Shown here one piece after another: positions 8,711-16,786 of a stretch of 46,527 bases of DNA. Source of the stretch: Treponemataceae bacterium (GTDB taxonomy: Bacteria > Spirochaetota > Spirochaetia > Treponematales > Breznakiellaceae); assembly GCA_041666155.1 (NCBI GenBank), contig JBAYHM010000001.1:1-46527 (forward strand). The letters are read 5' to 3'. Both the position numbers and the translations under genes were made by a program. Below the pieces are notes generated by a model. The model was given only the letters and a program-made list of their open reading frames with translations, ran no database searches and was not told the origin of the DNA. The first letter of the stretch is position 1. Every line of letters starts with the position of its first letter.

Positions 8711-9844
8711 GTGAACAGGTTGTTTTCTAAGATTTACGGCTGCGAGGCCGCGTGCACGATCGGTAATTCGATGGGGGACGTCACCGAATTGTTCACGTAT
8801 GAGGAGATCGAGGCACGGTGGGGTTTCGTGGATACCCTGCTGCCGCAGACGAAGTGGGGAAAGGACGGCAGCCTGACCGACCGCGTGTGGAAGCAGCAGT
8901 TCGGGCCGGATATGGTCTACCACGCGCATAACCGTCCGCCGGGCATGACCGAGGACGGCCACGAGCGGCACCGCCTGTGCACCAACGCCATCCTCAAGAA
9001 GAAAGGCAGGATCGACATACTGGATTTGGCGAGGACCTGGGAAGAGGACATCGATCCTTCCAAGTTCGGCTATCTGCTTGGTCCCCAGGATCAGGTCATC
9101 TACTACGCGATTAAATCGGGAATTCCGCCCTGGGAGATCGGCCGCTACGCGTCCTGGCCCGCCCTCATCGGAACCTCAAAGATGATCCTGCCTATAGGCA
9201 TGGTGAACGCCTGCAACCCGGATCGGGCAGCCCAGGATGCCCACGACTTAGGCCGCCTGAAGGACGTGCGCGGCGTCCGCGGCAACTTCGCCATTGAAGT
9301 CTGCGCGGCCATTGCCGCCGCCTGCGCCGAAGCGCTCAAGCCGGACTCGAGCGTGGAAGACGTCGTCGATACGGCGCTGGGACAGCTTTCGTTCCAGCCT
9401 CGGGAGGAGGTGCTCATCGGCGTCAACTGGGCGAAGAACGCGAACGGCTGGAAGGATCTGCGCCCCCTCTATCAAGAAAAATATGCTGGACACTCCATGT
9501 CCAACGCGGTGGAAATTCTTTCCGGAGCCTTGGCCTGTCTGATCGTGGCGGAGGGAAGGCCTAAAGAAACTATCCTGTACGCGGTGAATCTAGGCCGCGA
9601 TACGGACTGCAAGGCCTATGTCGGCGGAGGCTTCGCGGGCGCTCTGCAGGGTATAGAGGCCGTACCCACGGATTGGGTGAAAACCATTGAGGAGGAGGTC
9701 GTGAATGACCCCTACACCGTAGCAACCCGAACCGCGCGTCAGGCAGCAGAAGGCTTGTACGAGGCGGCGGTCAATACCGCGAACAAGATGCGGGATTCCT
9801 GCTCTTTGCTCGACAAACTGATTGCGGATGTATGTGAGGTGTGA
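8711..9844 (+). CDS. ADP-ribosylglycohydrolase (ARH/DraG) family protein
   Basis: 377 aa, GTG start with AAGGGAGG upstream. The N-terminal GCEAACTIGNSMGD region and the C-terminal NLGRDTDCKAYVGGGFAGALQG (metal-binding D-T-D motif) are characteristic of the ARH fold. Confidence 0.65.
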   Translation: MNRLFSKIYGCEAACTIGNSMGDVTELFTYEEIEARWGFVDTLLPQTKWGKDGSLTDRVWKQQFGPDMVYHAHNRPPGMTEDGHERHRLCTNAILKKKGRIDILDLARTWEEDIDPSKFGYLLGPQDQVIYYAIKSGIPPWEIGRYASWPALIGTSKMILPIGMVNACNPDRAAQDAHDLGRLKDVRGVRGNFAIEVCAAIAAACAEALKPDSSVEDVVDTALGQLSFQPREEVLIGVNWAKNANGWKDLRPLYQEKYAGHSMSNAVEILSGALACLIVAEGRPKETILYAVNLGRDTDCKAYVGGGFAGALQGIEAVPTDWVKTIEEEVVNDPYTVATRTARQAAEGLYEAAVNTANKMRDSCSLLDKLIADVCEV

Positions 9845-9870
9845 GCTCTTTTCCCCCTAGATCGTACCGA

Positions 9871-9893
9871 CCCGGAAGTGGTTCGCTTTCGGG
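9871..9893 (+). terminator. Weak hairpin after the ARH gene (possible operon terminator)
   Basis: cccggaag / ctttcggg forms an 8-bp stem (one G-U pair) with a 7-nt loop. The U-tract is not immediately adjacent. Confidence 0.25.
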
Positions 9894-9990
9894 CCGGATC
9901 CTTTAAAATTCCGTGACTACCGTATCAGGAACGGACGCGAGAGAATGCCGGTCGGGATGCAAGGTTAATAGTCAGGGGAATCCTCAATAG

Positions 9991-10298
9991 TGGAAGGACC
10001 ACAAAATACATCTTGATGTCCCCGAGCTTCGTCATTACATCGCCAAGAAAGGACGAGTCGCAGTCATTGAATACAACAACACCGACGGTTTGATGGGCCG
10101 GAACTCGGAATTTTGGAACGCGATCAATTCAAAGCTCAGACAGTAGTCGAACGCGCGAACTCCCATTTAAAAGACTATTTCATACCAAATGTCCTGTTCT
10201 TGAAAGGCCATCTGAAAGTCAGTTTTGTTCTATTGCTCGGAGTTCTTTGCCTGGCGGCCACGAAAATAGCCATGAGCTTCGTATCTCCAACAGCCTGA
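9991..10298 (+). pseudogene. Decayed C-terminal fragment of an IS4/IS5-type DDE transposase (5'-truncated, frameshifted)
   Basis: Frame 1 (9991-10112) reads ...DVPELRHYIAKKGRVAVIEYNNTDGLMGRNSEF. The sequence then continues in another frame from 10113 as ERDQFKAQTVVERANSHLKDYF...KGHLKVSFVLLLGVLCLAATKI. The YxxRxxVER(V/A)NSxLKD...KV...L..L motif is the typical C-terminus of these transposases. No catalytic N-terminal part is present. Confidence 0.6.
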
Positions 10299-10547
10299 TT
10301 TTTGATACTGCCAAGAATGTGATTACAGGACAATTCTGCCCATAATTTATTACAGCTATGCTTTTTATTTGAATTTGATTGAAAAGCTTAATGGGTTGAC
10401 AGAGCATCAGCTGAGTCGGCCCAACTTTATCGTCATGCGCAGATTAGGATCAGACTTTTGAAAGAGGCTCCAGAGAGATAATTTGTGTCGGAGAGAGTTC
10501 TTCACTGAAAGGAGCCTACCACCAAATCAGATTTAGTTCATTTTGAT

Positions 10548-12179
10548 TCATATCTTTTCTTCGAGTATTTCGTTGATGGCTCGATTCACGGACGCGCTTT
10601 CGCCTTTTGCCGTCTGAGCTTTGTCCAATATTTGCGTAGAGTCGGCGTTGTACTCGTTGAGCTCCGTGATGCTTTCGGAAATAACGTCGAAGCTGCGTTG
10701 AAGCGAAGCGAAAGTCTCCGCAAATGCCGCCGAAACCGACCGCTCTTTTTCGGCTCCGTCCTTGATGACACCCGCAAGCTCCGATAAGGATTGCACGCTC
10801 TCAAGCATTCCGCGATTTTCATTCACGAATTCGTCCATCGTTCGGGCGATATTGGAAATGATCTCGTAAGCCCGACCGGTTTCCTCAATCACTTGATACA
10901 ACGATGCGGCGACTTCTTGAATTCGCTCGGTGCTACTTTCAATTTCCCCGTTCATCGTACGAACGATACCCGCGATTTCCTTCGTGCGGACACCCGAGGA
11001 ATCGGCTAAGTCACGAACCGACTCAGCCACTACCGCAAACCCGGAACCGGCCGATCCCGCATGGGCGGCTTCTATCGCCGCGTTCATCGCCAGCAGATTG
11101 GTTTGCGTGGATATCTTAGATAGAGTGCCGACGATCTCAAGCGTCTTTGCCTGGTAATCCGCCAATCCTTTCACTCCGCCGATCGCCCGTTCCAACGTGC
11201 CTCTACCTTCCTCGGCGAGCACGCTCAGACGTTTGGTGGTTTCATCCGCGCGACCAATGTCCGACCGTATCGATTCCACCGCCTTGAGCATGAGCACCTG
11301 AGAATCGGAATGAGAATCGGCAAGCGTTTTTTGCCGAGAGGATGCGTCGGTGATCGAATCCACCGAACCGAGCAGCAGGGCCAGGTTCCGTTGGGCGACA
11401 TCCGATGATTCTCCCAACTTCCGGGACGCGTCAAACAAAGCTTCGTTCTTTTTAACGAAGGCACTCATTACATCCGACACGGCGTCGAAAGAAGCCGAAA
11501 TCGATTCACCCGCGGCATCGGATTCCCTTTTCAAAGCGGCGACTTTTTTCATCATACGGGAAACCGAGTCGAGCGCCTGGGTGCTTTTTGTCCATTCGCC
11601 GACCGCGCGTGAAAGCAGGGTATTCTGTAAGTGTGTCAGATACATCATTATCGCGGAGGAAACCACGTAGATGATTGCGATGATGGCCCGGCGCCCCATG
11701 GCCTGCTCATTCCCGCTGATCGTGGTGATCACGTTGATGGAGATGGTAAAGAAGACGCCGAGAACGGCGGTAAACCGAGCTGAAACCATATTCCCGGCCG
11801 GCATCATGATGACCAGGCCGAGCCCGACAATAGAGGTAAGGACGGTGACATAATCGGCATTATGCGCGAACGCCGGCGGTATCAGAATACCGATCAAAAT
11901 GAGCGCAATAACGGAAAGCAGGATCGAGCTGCCGACGCGATCATACCCCTTGAGCACCAAAACGGCGCTGATTAGGGAAAGCAATCCGATCGCGGAGGTT
12001 CCGATGCCGGCCGTCGGATTATTGATTACGAAGAAACAGACCGGGGTAAGCGCGCTCACCGCGAAAATGATGACACAGATAAAAATCATGCTCACGCGCT
12101 TGCGGCGCAGGGAAAAGAATTCGTCCATATTCATGGCGGCGCTTGTCTTTGCGAAAATAAGCCTCAGTTCCTTCAGCAT
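10548..12179 (-). CDS. Methyl-accepting chemotaxis protein with a multi-TM N-terminal module
   Basis: 543 aa. The N-terminal ~190 aa are several hydrophobic helices. The C-terminus has the MCP signalling hairpin ISTQTNLLAMNAAIEAAHAGSAGSGFAVVAESVRDLA. Confidence 0.9.
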   Translation of the reverse strand: MLKELRLIFAKTSAAMNMDEFFSLRRKRVSMIFICVIIFAVSALTPVCFFVINNPTAGIGTSAIGLLSLISAVLVLKGYDRVGSSILLSVIALILIGILIPPAFAHNADYVTVLTSIVGLGLVIMMPAGNMVSARFTAVLGVFFTISINVITTISGNEQAMGRRAIIAIIYVVSSAIMMYLTHLQNTLLSRAVGEWTKSTQALDSVSRMMKKVAALKRESDAAGESISASFDAVSDVMSAFVKKNEALFDASRKLGESSDVAQRNLALLLGSVDSITDASSRQKTLADSHSDSQVLMLKAVESIRSDIGRADETTKRLSVLAEEGRGTLERAIGGVKGLADYQAKTLEIVGTLSKISTQTNLLAMNAAIEAAHAGSAGSGFAVVAESVRDLADSSGVRTKEIAGIVRTMNGEIESSTERIQEVAASLYQVIEETGRAYEIISNIARTMDEFVNENRGMLESVQSLSELAGVIKDGAEKERSVSAAFAETFASLQRSFDVISESITELNEYNADSTQILDKAQTAKGESASVNRAINEILEEKI

Positions 12180-12252
12180 ACGTTTTCCCTTTTTGTCGAA
12201 CTTTAGATAAAATTCGACGATGAATACGTATTTGTCAAACTAAGAACGAAAC

Positions 12253-13287
12253 TTATTGGTACATAATGAGCGACGGTCGCGGATCCAGCGCAAGCACTTC
12301 TTCAGGTCTCATCAAAGGTTCGTCAAATCCCGTTCCGGGCACGCCTGATTTGAAGAACAGTTTAAAAGCCTTTATCGGCATGTTTTTTGCCAGGACGTTG
12401 TAGTAATAGGCCTGGCGTTTCACCGCGGGAAGTCCGAACCCGTCGGCGCAATGAATCAGGCGGACACGCGCAAAATCGGTGAGTACCCGTTCCCGGCCGG
12501 CTATCATTTTCATGTTGAATTGGTGGATCACCAAAAGACGTTCGCCGGGATATCCGTGTTCAACCAGATAGTCCTCCATCATACGTTGCGCCTTGTTGAT
12601 CTCATCGGCGCTTACGGAGCCAATTTCGTCCATAGGTTTGAGGGTGCGCCATTCCGGATCAAGGGCAAGATGCACGTTCGGATACCGGAGGAACGGAAGT
12701 AGCCGTTTGGTCGCCGATTCCACAGAATACTTTCCGATTTGATGATCGATAAATACCAGCATGTCATTTGCCAGCGCGTATTCGATATACTCGTTCAAGC
12801 GGCTGTCCCGCAAGATGCCGATTTCACCTTGCGGCCAGGCCATTCCATAGATGATGTAAAACGCTTTCTTTACACCTCTATCTCCGTTGGATACGTCGTA
12901 CACCGCCGCGTAGTCGCTCAGCATGCGGTCAAGTTCCGGAAGCGGATGCACGCCGAGAACGCCCATCCGCTTGGAAAGAGGCGTTCCATAAAAGGCGACT
13001 ATATCGTTATTGAGAAGTATGGATTGATAATCGGAAACACGTCGCGCCGCCGCGTAATCTTCCAGTTCGGTAGCGACCCAATACGGGCGAGCCCGTTCGG
13101 CTTTGATTTCAGCCTCAATTTGATCGGCGAAATACGCTACCGGGAACGGAGGTTCGGGAATAACCGTCGGCCGGGCGGGAGCTTCGGTGCGCGGAGGCAC
13201 AACGACGCTCTCGGCTGAAAAAGAGACAAATGAAGAAACCGAAAACAACGCGCAGATGACTAGACGGGAAGCGAGTCGGCAAAGCAT
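12253..13287 (-). CDS. Secreted conserved hypothetical protein (function not recognised)
   Basis: 344 aa with the signal peptide MLCRLASRLVICALFSVSSFVSFSA. It shows a coding-like, host-like composition. Only a vague resemblance to TIM-barrel glycosyl-hydrolase-like lipoproteins (...IDHQIGKYSV...LALDPEWR). Confidence 0.6.
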   Translation of the reverse strand: MLCRLASRLVICALFSVSSFVSFSAESVVVPPRTEAPARPTVIPEPPFPVAYFADQIEAEIKAERARPYWVATELEDYAAARRVSDYQSILLNNDIVAFYGTPLSKRMGVLGVHPLPELDRMLSDYAAVYDVSNGDRGVKKAFYIIYGMAWPQGEIGILRDSRLNEYIEYALANDMLVFIDHQIGKYSVESATKRLLPFLRYPNVHLALDPEWRTLKPMDEIGSVSADEINKAQRMMEDYLVEHGYPGERLLVIHQFNMKMIAGRERVLTDFARVRLIHCADGFGLPAVKRQAYYYNVLAKNMPIKAFKLFFKSGVPGTGFDEPLMRPEEVLALDPRPSLIMYQ

Positions 13288-13359
13288 GGCGTACTCCGAT
13301 CGTGGTGTCTTTCCACAGTATCGGCAGTACCGATCGATTCATTACCCTCCGATTCCCTC

Positions 13360-14145
13360 TCATGCTTCTTCGAGCGCGCGTTCCACCTCTTCAAGACGTT
13401 TATTAAGCGAATCAATAGTCCGCTCCAGCCGGATTTTCTCTTTTTCCAAGTGGACCCTCGGATCTTCATCCTCTCTTTTGCGCGCAACGGCGACTCGGAC
13501 CTCATCGGGACTCTTGCCGGAGAGCAGCGCGCCCTCCGCGGCAGACCGAGTCTCCTCGTCTCGGATACCGGCGACTATTTTCATGTTGTCGGCGCCCATC
13601 GAAGGATTGACGTTGTACTGGTAGATTTTCATGGCGGTTTTGGCCGAAAGGCGCGGGATGCGCAGAACGCGATCCACGTAATCCTCAAAACGCGCCCCGA
13701 TGCGGCCGCAGATTTCATTCGCCTGCATGAGAAGCTTGCCCAGTTCTTTCACCAGAGTTCCGTTCTCAAACAGGTATTCCTTGCGGATAGTCTCGGTGAG
13801 CGCTTCCAACTCAGGAGAGTCGGCGAACACGTTGTGGTAACAGCCCTTACCCTCCGCTTTCTGCAGGAGTCCGTGGAGTATGGACCAGAATTCCGCCGTA
13901 TGCGCGCGGCCGGTGAGTTTTCCGCCTTTTGCGCAGGAATGCACGTGGTGAGCGTATTCGTGAATGGCGGTGTACATCAGCATGTTGTCGTCGGTGAAAT
14001 TGTGGTTGTGGATGAGAATTTCACGCGTGTCGGGCTTGTAGAGGCCGTTTACTTTTTTGCTTTTTTTCCCCGTAAACACCACGGAGAACTCAAGAGGAAC
14101 ATCCTCGATCGATAAAAGCAGCTCTTTGACGCGATCCTGGTTCAT
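13360..14145 (-). CDS. SprT-like zinc metallopeptidase-motif protein with a C-terminal coiled coil
   Basis: 261 aa. It has the HExxH motif in MYTAIHEYAHHVH after an SprT-like N-terminal beta region (KKVNGLYKPDTREILIH). The charged coiled-coil tail reads KEKIRLERTIDSLNKRLEEVERALEEA. Confidence 0.55.
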   Translation of the reverse strand: MNQDRVKELLLSIEDVPLEFSVVFTGKKSKKVNGLYKPDTREILIHNHNFTDDNMLMYTAIHEYAHHVHSCAKGGKLTGRAHTAEFWSILHGLLQKAEGKGCYHNVFADSPELEALTETIRKEYLFENGTLVKELGKLLMQANEICGRIGARFEDYVDRVLRIPRLSAKTAMKIYQYNVNPSMGADNMKIVAGIRDEETRSAAEGALLSGKSPDEVRVAVARKREDEDPRVHLEKEKIRLERTIDSLNKRLEEVERALEEA

Positions 14146-14156
14146 GGGGCGGGATT

Positions 14157-14906
14157 TTACCCGAGCGCGCCGATTTTTTCCAGAGCAAGAATGACCGCGG
14201 CCACGCAGGCCGTCTCGGTCCGAAGCGCGCGGCCGCCCATTGAAGCGCGAATGAACAGCGCGGCCTCAAGCGCGTCCCGCTCGCGATCCGACCAGCCGCG
14301 TTCGGAGCCGATGGCCAGTACGAACTCTCCCGCGACGGACGATAGCGGCGGAGCGACGGACAGAGCCGAAAAAGCGATAGCCGGCCGCACATTATCGGGC
14401 GCGACCAGGGCGCGGGGACTGCGACCCCATGGACCGGCGCCCAGCCAGGCGGCCAGCGTCGGGTACACGGACAAAACCGGGAGCCGGGTATCGCGAGCTT
14501 GGACGGCCCCTTCAATCAAGGCCGCGCGCGCGCCGCCGTCTTCAAGGAGCTTGGTGTCCCGGTAGGATTTTTCGCCCAGTTCGGTACCGACCAGGTCCAC
14601 CGCCGCGACGCCCAGGCTGGATAAATCGCGCAAGAGGCGTCTGAGCTGTATCGGCCGGGGGAAGCCGACGGCGACGCGGATCGGATTGAGCGGCGGAGGA
14701 ACTTCGATCGGCTCGAAGGAAAAGCGGATGGAACCGTCGCTTTCAATCGATTCTATCTTGCCCCGACCGAGCGCCGCGCCAAGGATTCCGGCATCGAACA
14801 AATCCCCCGCTTTCTTATGCAGCACCTTCAACAGATGGACCGCGCGATCATCTCGTTTAGGCAGAGGGGAATCTATTTCTTCGCCTTCAAAAAGAAGGAT
14901 GTTCAC
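14157..14906 (-). CDS. rsmE: 16S rRNA (uracil1498-N3)-methyltransferase RsmE family
   Basis: 249 aa with a GTG start overlapping the upstream stop (GTGA). The N-terminus has HLLKVLHKKAGD. The C-terminal SPOUT knot reads LAIGSERGWSDRE...GGRALRTETACVAAV. Confidence 0.8.
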   Translation of the reverse strand: MNILLFEGEEIDSPLPKRDDRAVHLLKVLHKKAGDLFDAGILGAALGRGKIESIESDGSIRFSFEPIEVPPPLNPIRVAVGFPRPIQLRRLLRDLSSLGVAAVDLVGTELGEKSYRDTKLLEDGGARAALIEGAVQARDTRLPVLSVYPTLAAWLGAGPWGRSPRALVAPDNVRPAIAFSALSVAPPLSSVAGEFVLAIGSERGWSDRERDALEAALFIRASMGGRALRTETACVAAVILALEKIGALG

Positions 14907-15106
14907 TCGGCCGCCTCATATGAAAAAACGTCTTCTATCTTTTTATCGAAGAAACGCGCGACTTTAAAGCCCATCTCGAGCGACGGCACGTATTTATTTC
15001 TTTCAAGTGAAATCACCGTCTGCCGCGTCACGCCGAGAGCCTGCGCTAATTCCTCTTGAGTTAAGCGTTTAGCATTCCGCAGTTCGAATACCGTGTTGCG
15101 GATCAT
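14903..15106 (-). CDS. Small XRE/Cro-type helix-turn-helix transcriptional regulator
   Basis: MIRNTVFELRNAKRLTQEELAQALGVTRQTVISLERNKYVPSLEMGFKVARFF. I chose the internal ATG at 15106 because the track ORF's N-terminal 32 aa overlap the upstream gene. Confidence 0.8.
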   Translation of the reverse strand: MIRNTVFELRNAKRLTQEELAQALGVTRQTVISLERNKYVPSLEMGFKVARFFDKKIEDVFSYEAAE

Positions 15107-15108
15107 AT

Positions 15109-15522
15109 TCAGCTTTTCCGGCAACGTATAGCATAGACTACGTAGAAAACCACTAGTTGAACCAACATGAAAACAATCACGGTACGGCTTGCGATGATCC
15201 ATTCTATGGGAATGCGCGGAATGCTGCCGATGATCGATATGAAGAGGATGGAACCAAACAGCATTACCCGGTACGTGAACGCGGCGGCGAAATCATAGTT
15301 GCCTTGCGTGCGTTCGTCGGAAAGGATGAGGTTCGATTTCTTAATCGATGTTTTAAGTATCAAAAAAAGAACAATACCTACCGCCAATCCGATAAGGGCA
15401 TACGCGTAACTGGGGACAAAGGGAAAGAGTTGCCCTGCCACGAGCGACGCGACTAAAAGCAGAGCCATAACGCCATATGAAAACAGGTAAAACTTCTTTC
15501 GTGTCATACTGTTCTCCTTCAT
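15109..15522 (-). CDS. Small integral membrane protein (DUF2178-like) commonly paired with the XRE regulator
   Basis: 137 aa with four hydrophobic segments, immediately upstream of and co-oriented with the HTH gene. Confidence 0.6.
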   Translation of the reverse strand: MKENSMTRKKFYLFSYGVMALLLVASLVAGQLFPFVPSYAYALIGLAVGIVLFLILKTSIKKSNLILSDERTQGNYDFAAAFTYRVMLFGSILFISIIGSIPRIPIEWIIASRTVIVFMLVQLVVFYVVYAIRCRKS

Positions 15523-15613
15523 TAAAATGTAAAATACTTTTTACATAATGTCAAATACTTTTAACACATCTCTCGCTTGACCGCGTTCGCGTCGGTAGCC
15601 CATACTTCTCCGC

Positions 15614-16786
15614 ATGAGTACGCGCAAACAACACCCCAAACGTTTTTCCGATTCCCCCTGTCTTTCCTCCGACGCGCGGCTTACCACAAGCGCCCGCATC
15701 GCGATACGGGACTCGCTGGGCGTAAAAGCAGACGAAAAAGTTCTTATCGTCACCAACCCCGATGCGGAAGTCGCCGCGATTTCGCGCGCCCTATACGACG
15801 CGGCGGTGGAGTTGGGCGCGCGGCCGGTACTCATGTTCCAAGCGGTGAAGACGCAGATGGACTTCGCCGAAGACGCGGTGATTGCCGCCTTCGGCGCGAA
15901 ACCGGACGTATTCGTCTCCATGAGCGCGGAAAAACTCGGCAAGGACCGCGCGGGCATCGCGAAGCCCTACGAGCTTGGGGAGAGAAAGTGGGACCACGCG
16001 TTCCATCTGCAACTCTACGGAGAAAAAACCTGCCGGGCGTTCTGGTCGCCGGGGGTGACGCTCGACTCCTTCGTCCGCACCGTCCCCATCGATTACGCGC
16101 TGCTGAAAAACCGGTGCGCCGCTATCAAGGAAATATTGGATCAAGCCGTATCCGTCAGCGTCACCGCTCCCGGCGGCACCGATATCGTCATCGGATTACT
16201 GGGAAGAACCGCGAAAAGCGACGACGGTGATTTTTCACGGGCCGGAACGGGCGGCAACCTGCCGGCGGGGGAAACCTTCGTGAGCCCCGCCAACGGGACG
16301 GCGAACGGCAGGATAGTATTCGATGGGTCGATGAGTCTTCACGACGGCGACGTCCTGATCGAGTCTCCCATCGTCTGCACCGTGGTCGACGGCTTTATCG
16401 CGGAAATAGCTGGAGACGCCGAAGCGTCGGCGCTCTTGGAGACAGTATCGCTGGCGGAGCGAAACGCGGTGGAATACGAAGCTACGGGCAAACTCCCCAC
16501 CGGCGCGGGAGCGATTTACGCAAAGAACGCGCGCAATATCGGAGAGCTGGGGATCGGACTAAACCCCGCGGCGACCGTCTCGGGCAACATGCTGGAAGAC
16601 GAGAAAGCGTTCCGGACCTGCCACTTCGCGGTAGGGCATAATTACGACGAGGACGCACCCGCGCTCATCCACCTGGACGGGTTGGTCAAACGGCCGACCA
16701 TCATCGCGCGCATGGAAAACGGTACGGAAATCGTCATCGAGCGCGAGGGAGAACTCGCGCCGGAAATTGAGCTGCCCGTCCGTTAA
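15614..16786 (+). CDS. Aminopeptidase, peptidase family M29 (AmpS/PepS-like)
   Basis: 390 aa. The motifs GGNLPAGETFVSP, ...IGELGIGLNP... and CHFAVGHNYDE match thermophilic-type M29 aminopeptidases. Confidence 0.75.
   Translation: MSTRKQHPKRFSDSPCLSSDARLTTSARIAIRDSLGVKADEKVLIVTNPDAEVAAISRALYDAAVELGARPVLMFQAVKTQMDFAEDAVIAAFGAKPDVFVSMSAEKLGKDRAGIAKPYELGERKWDHAFHLQLYGEKTCRAFWSPGVTLDSFVRTVPIDYALLKNRCAAIKEILDQAVSVSVTAPGGTDIVIGLLGRTAKSDDGDFSRAGTGGNLPAGETFVSPANGTANGRIVFDGSMSLHDGDVLIESPIVCTVVDGFIAEIAGDAEASALLETVSLAERNAVEYEATGKLPTGAGAIYAKNARNIGELGIGLNPAATVSGNMLEDEKAFRTCHFAVGHNYDEDAPALIHLDGLVKRPTIIARMENGTEIVIEREGELAPEIELPVR

Noticed and set aside
10298-10547. Possible IS terminal inverted repeat or small gene (10219-10407 ORF) in the AT-rich filler.
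   Set aside because: I found no matching inverted repeat partner in the window. The ORF has no motif or RBS.
12181-12252. Possible sigma28 or sigma70 promoter for the MCP gene (TTGACA and TAAAGTT elements on the minus strand).
   Set aside because: Spacing to any acceptable -10 element is wrong, and no GCCGATAA-type -10 is present. The evidence is too weak to call.
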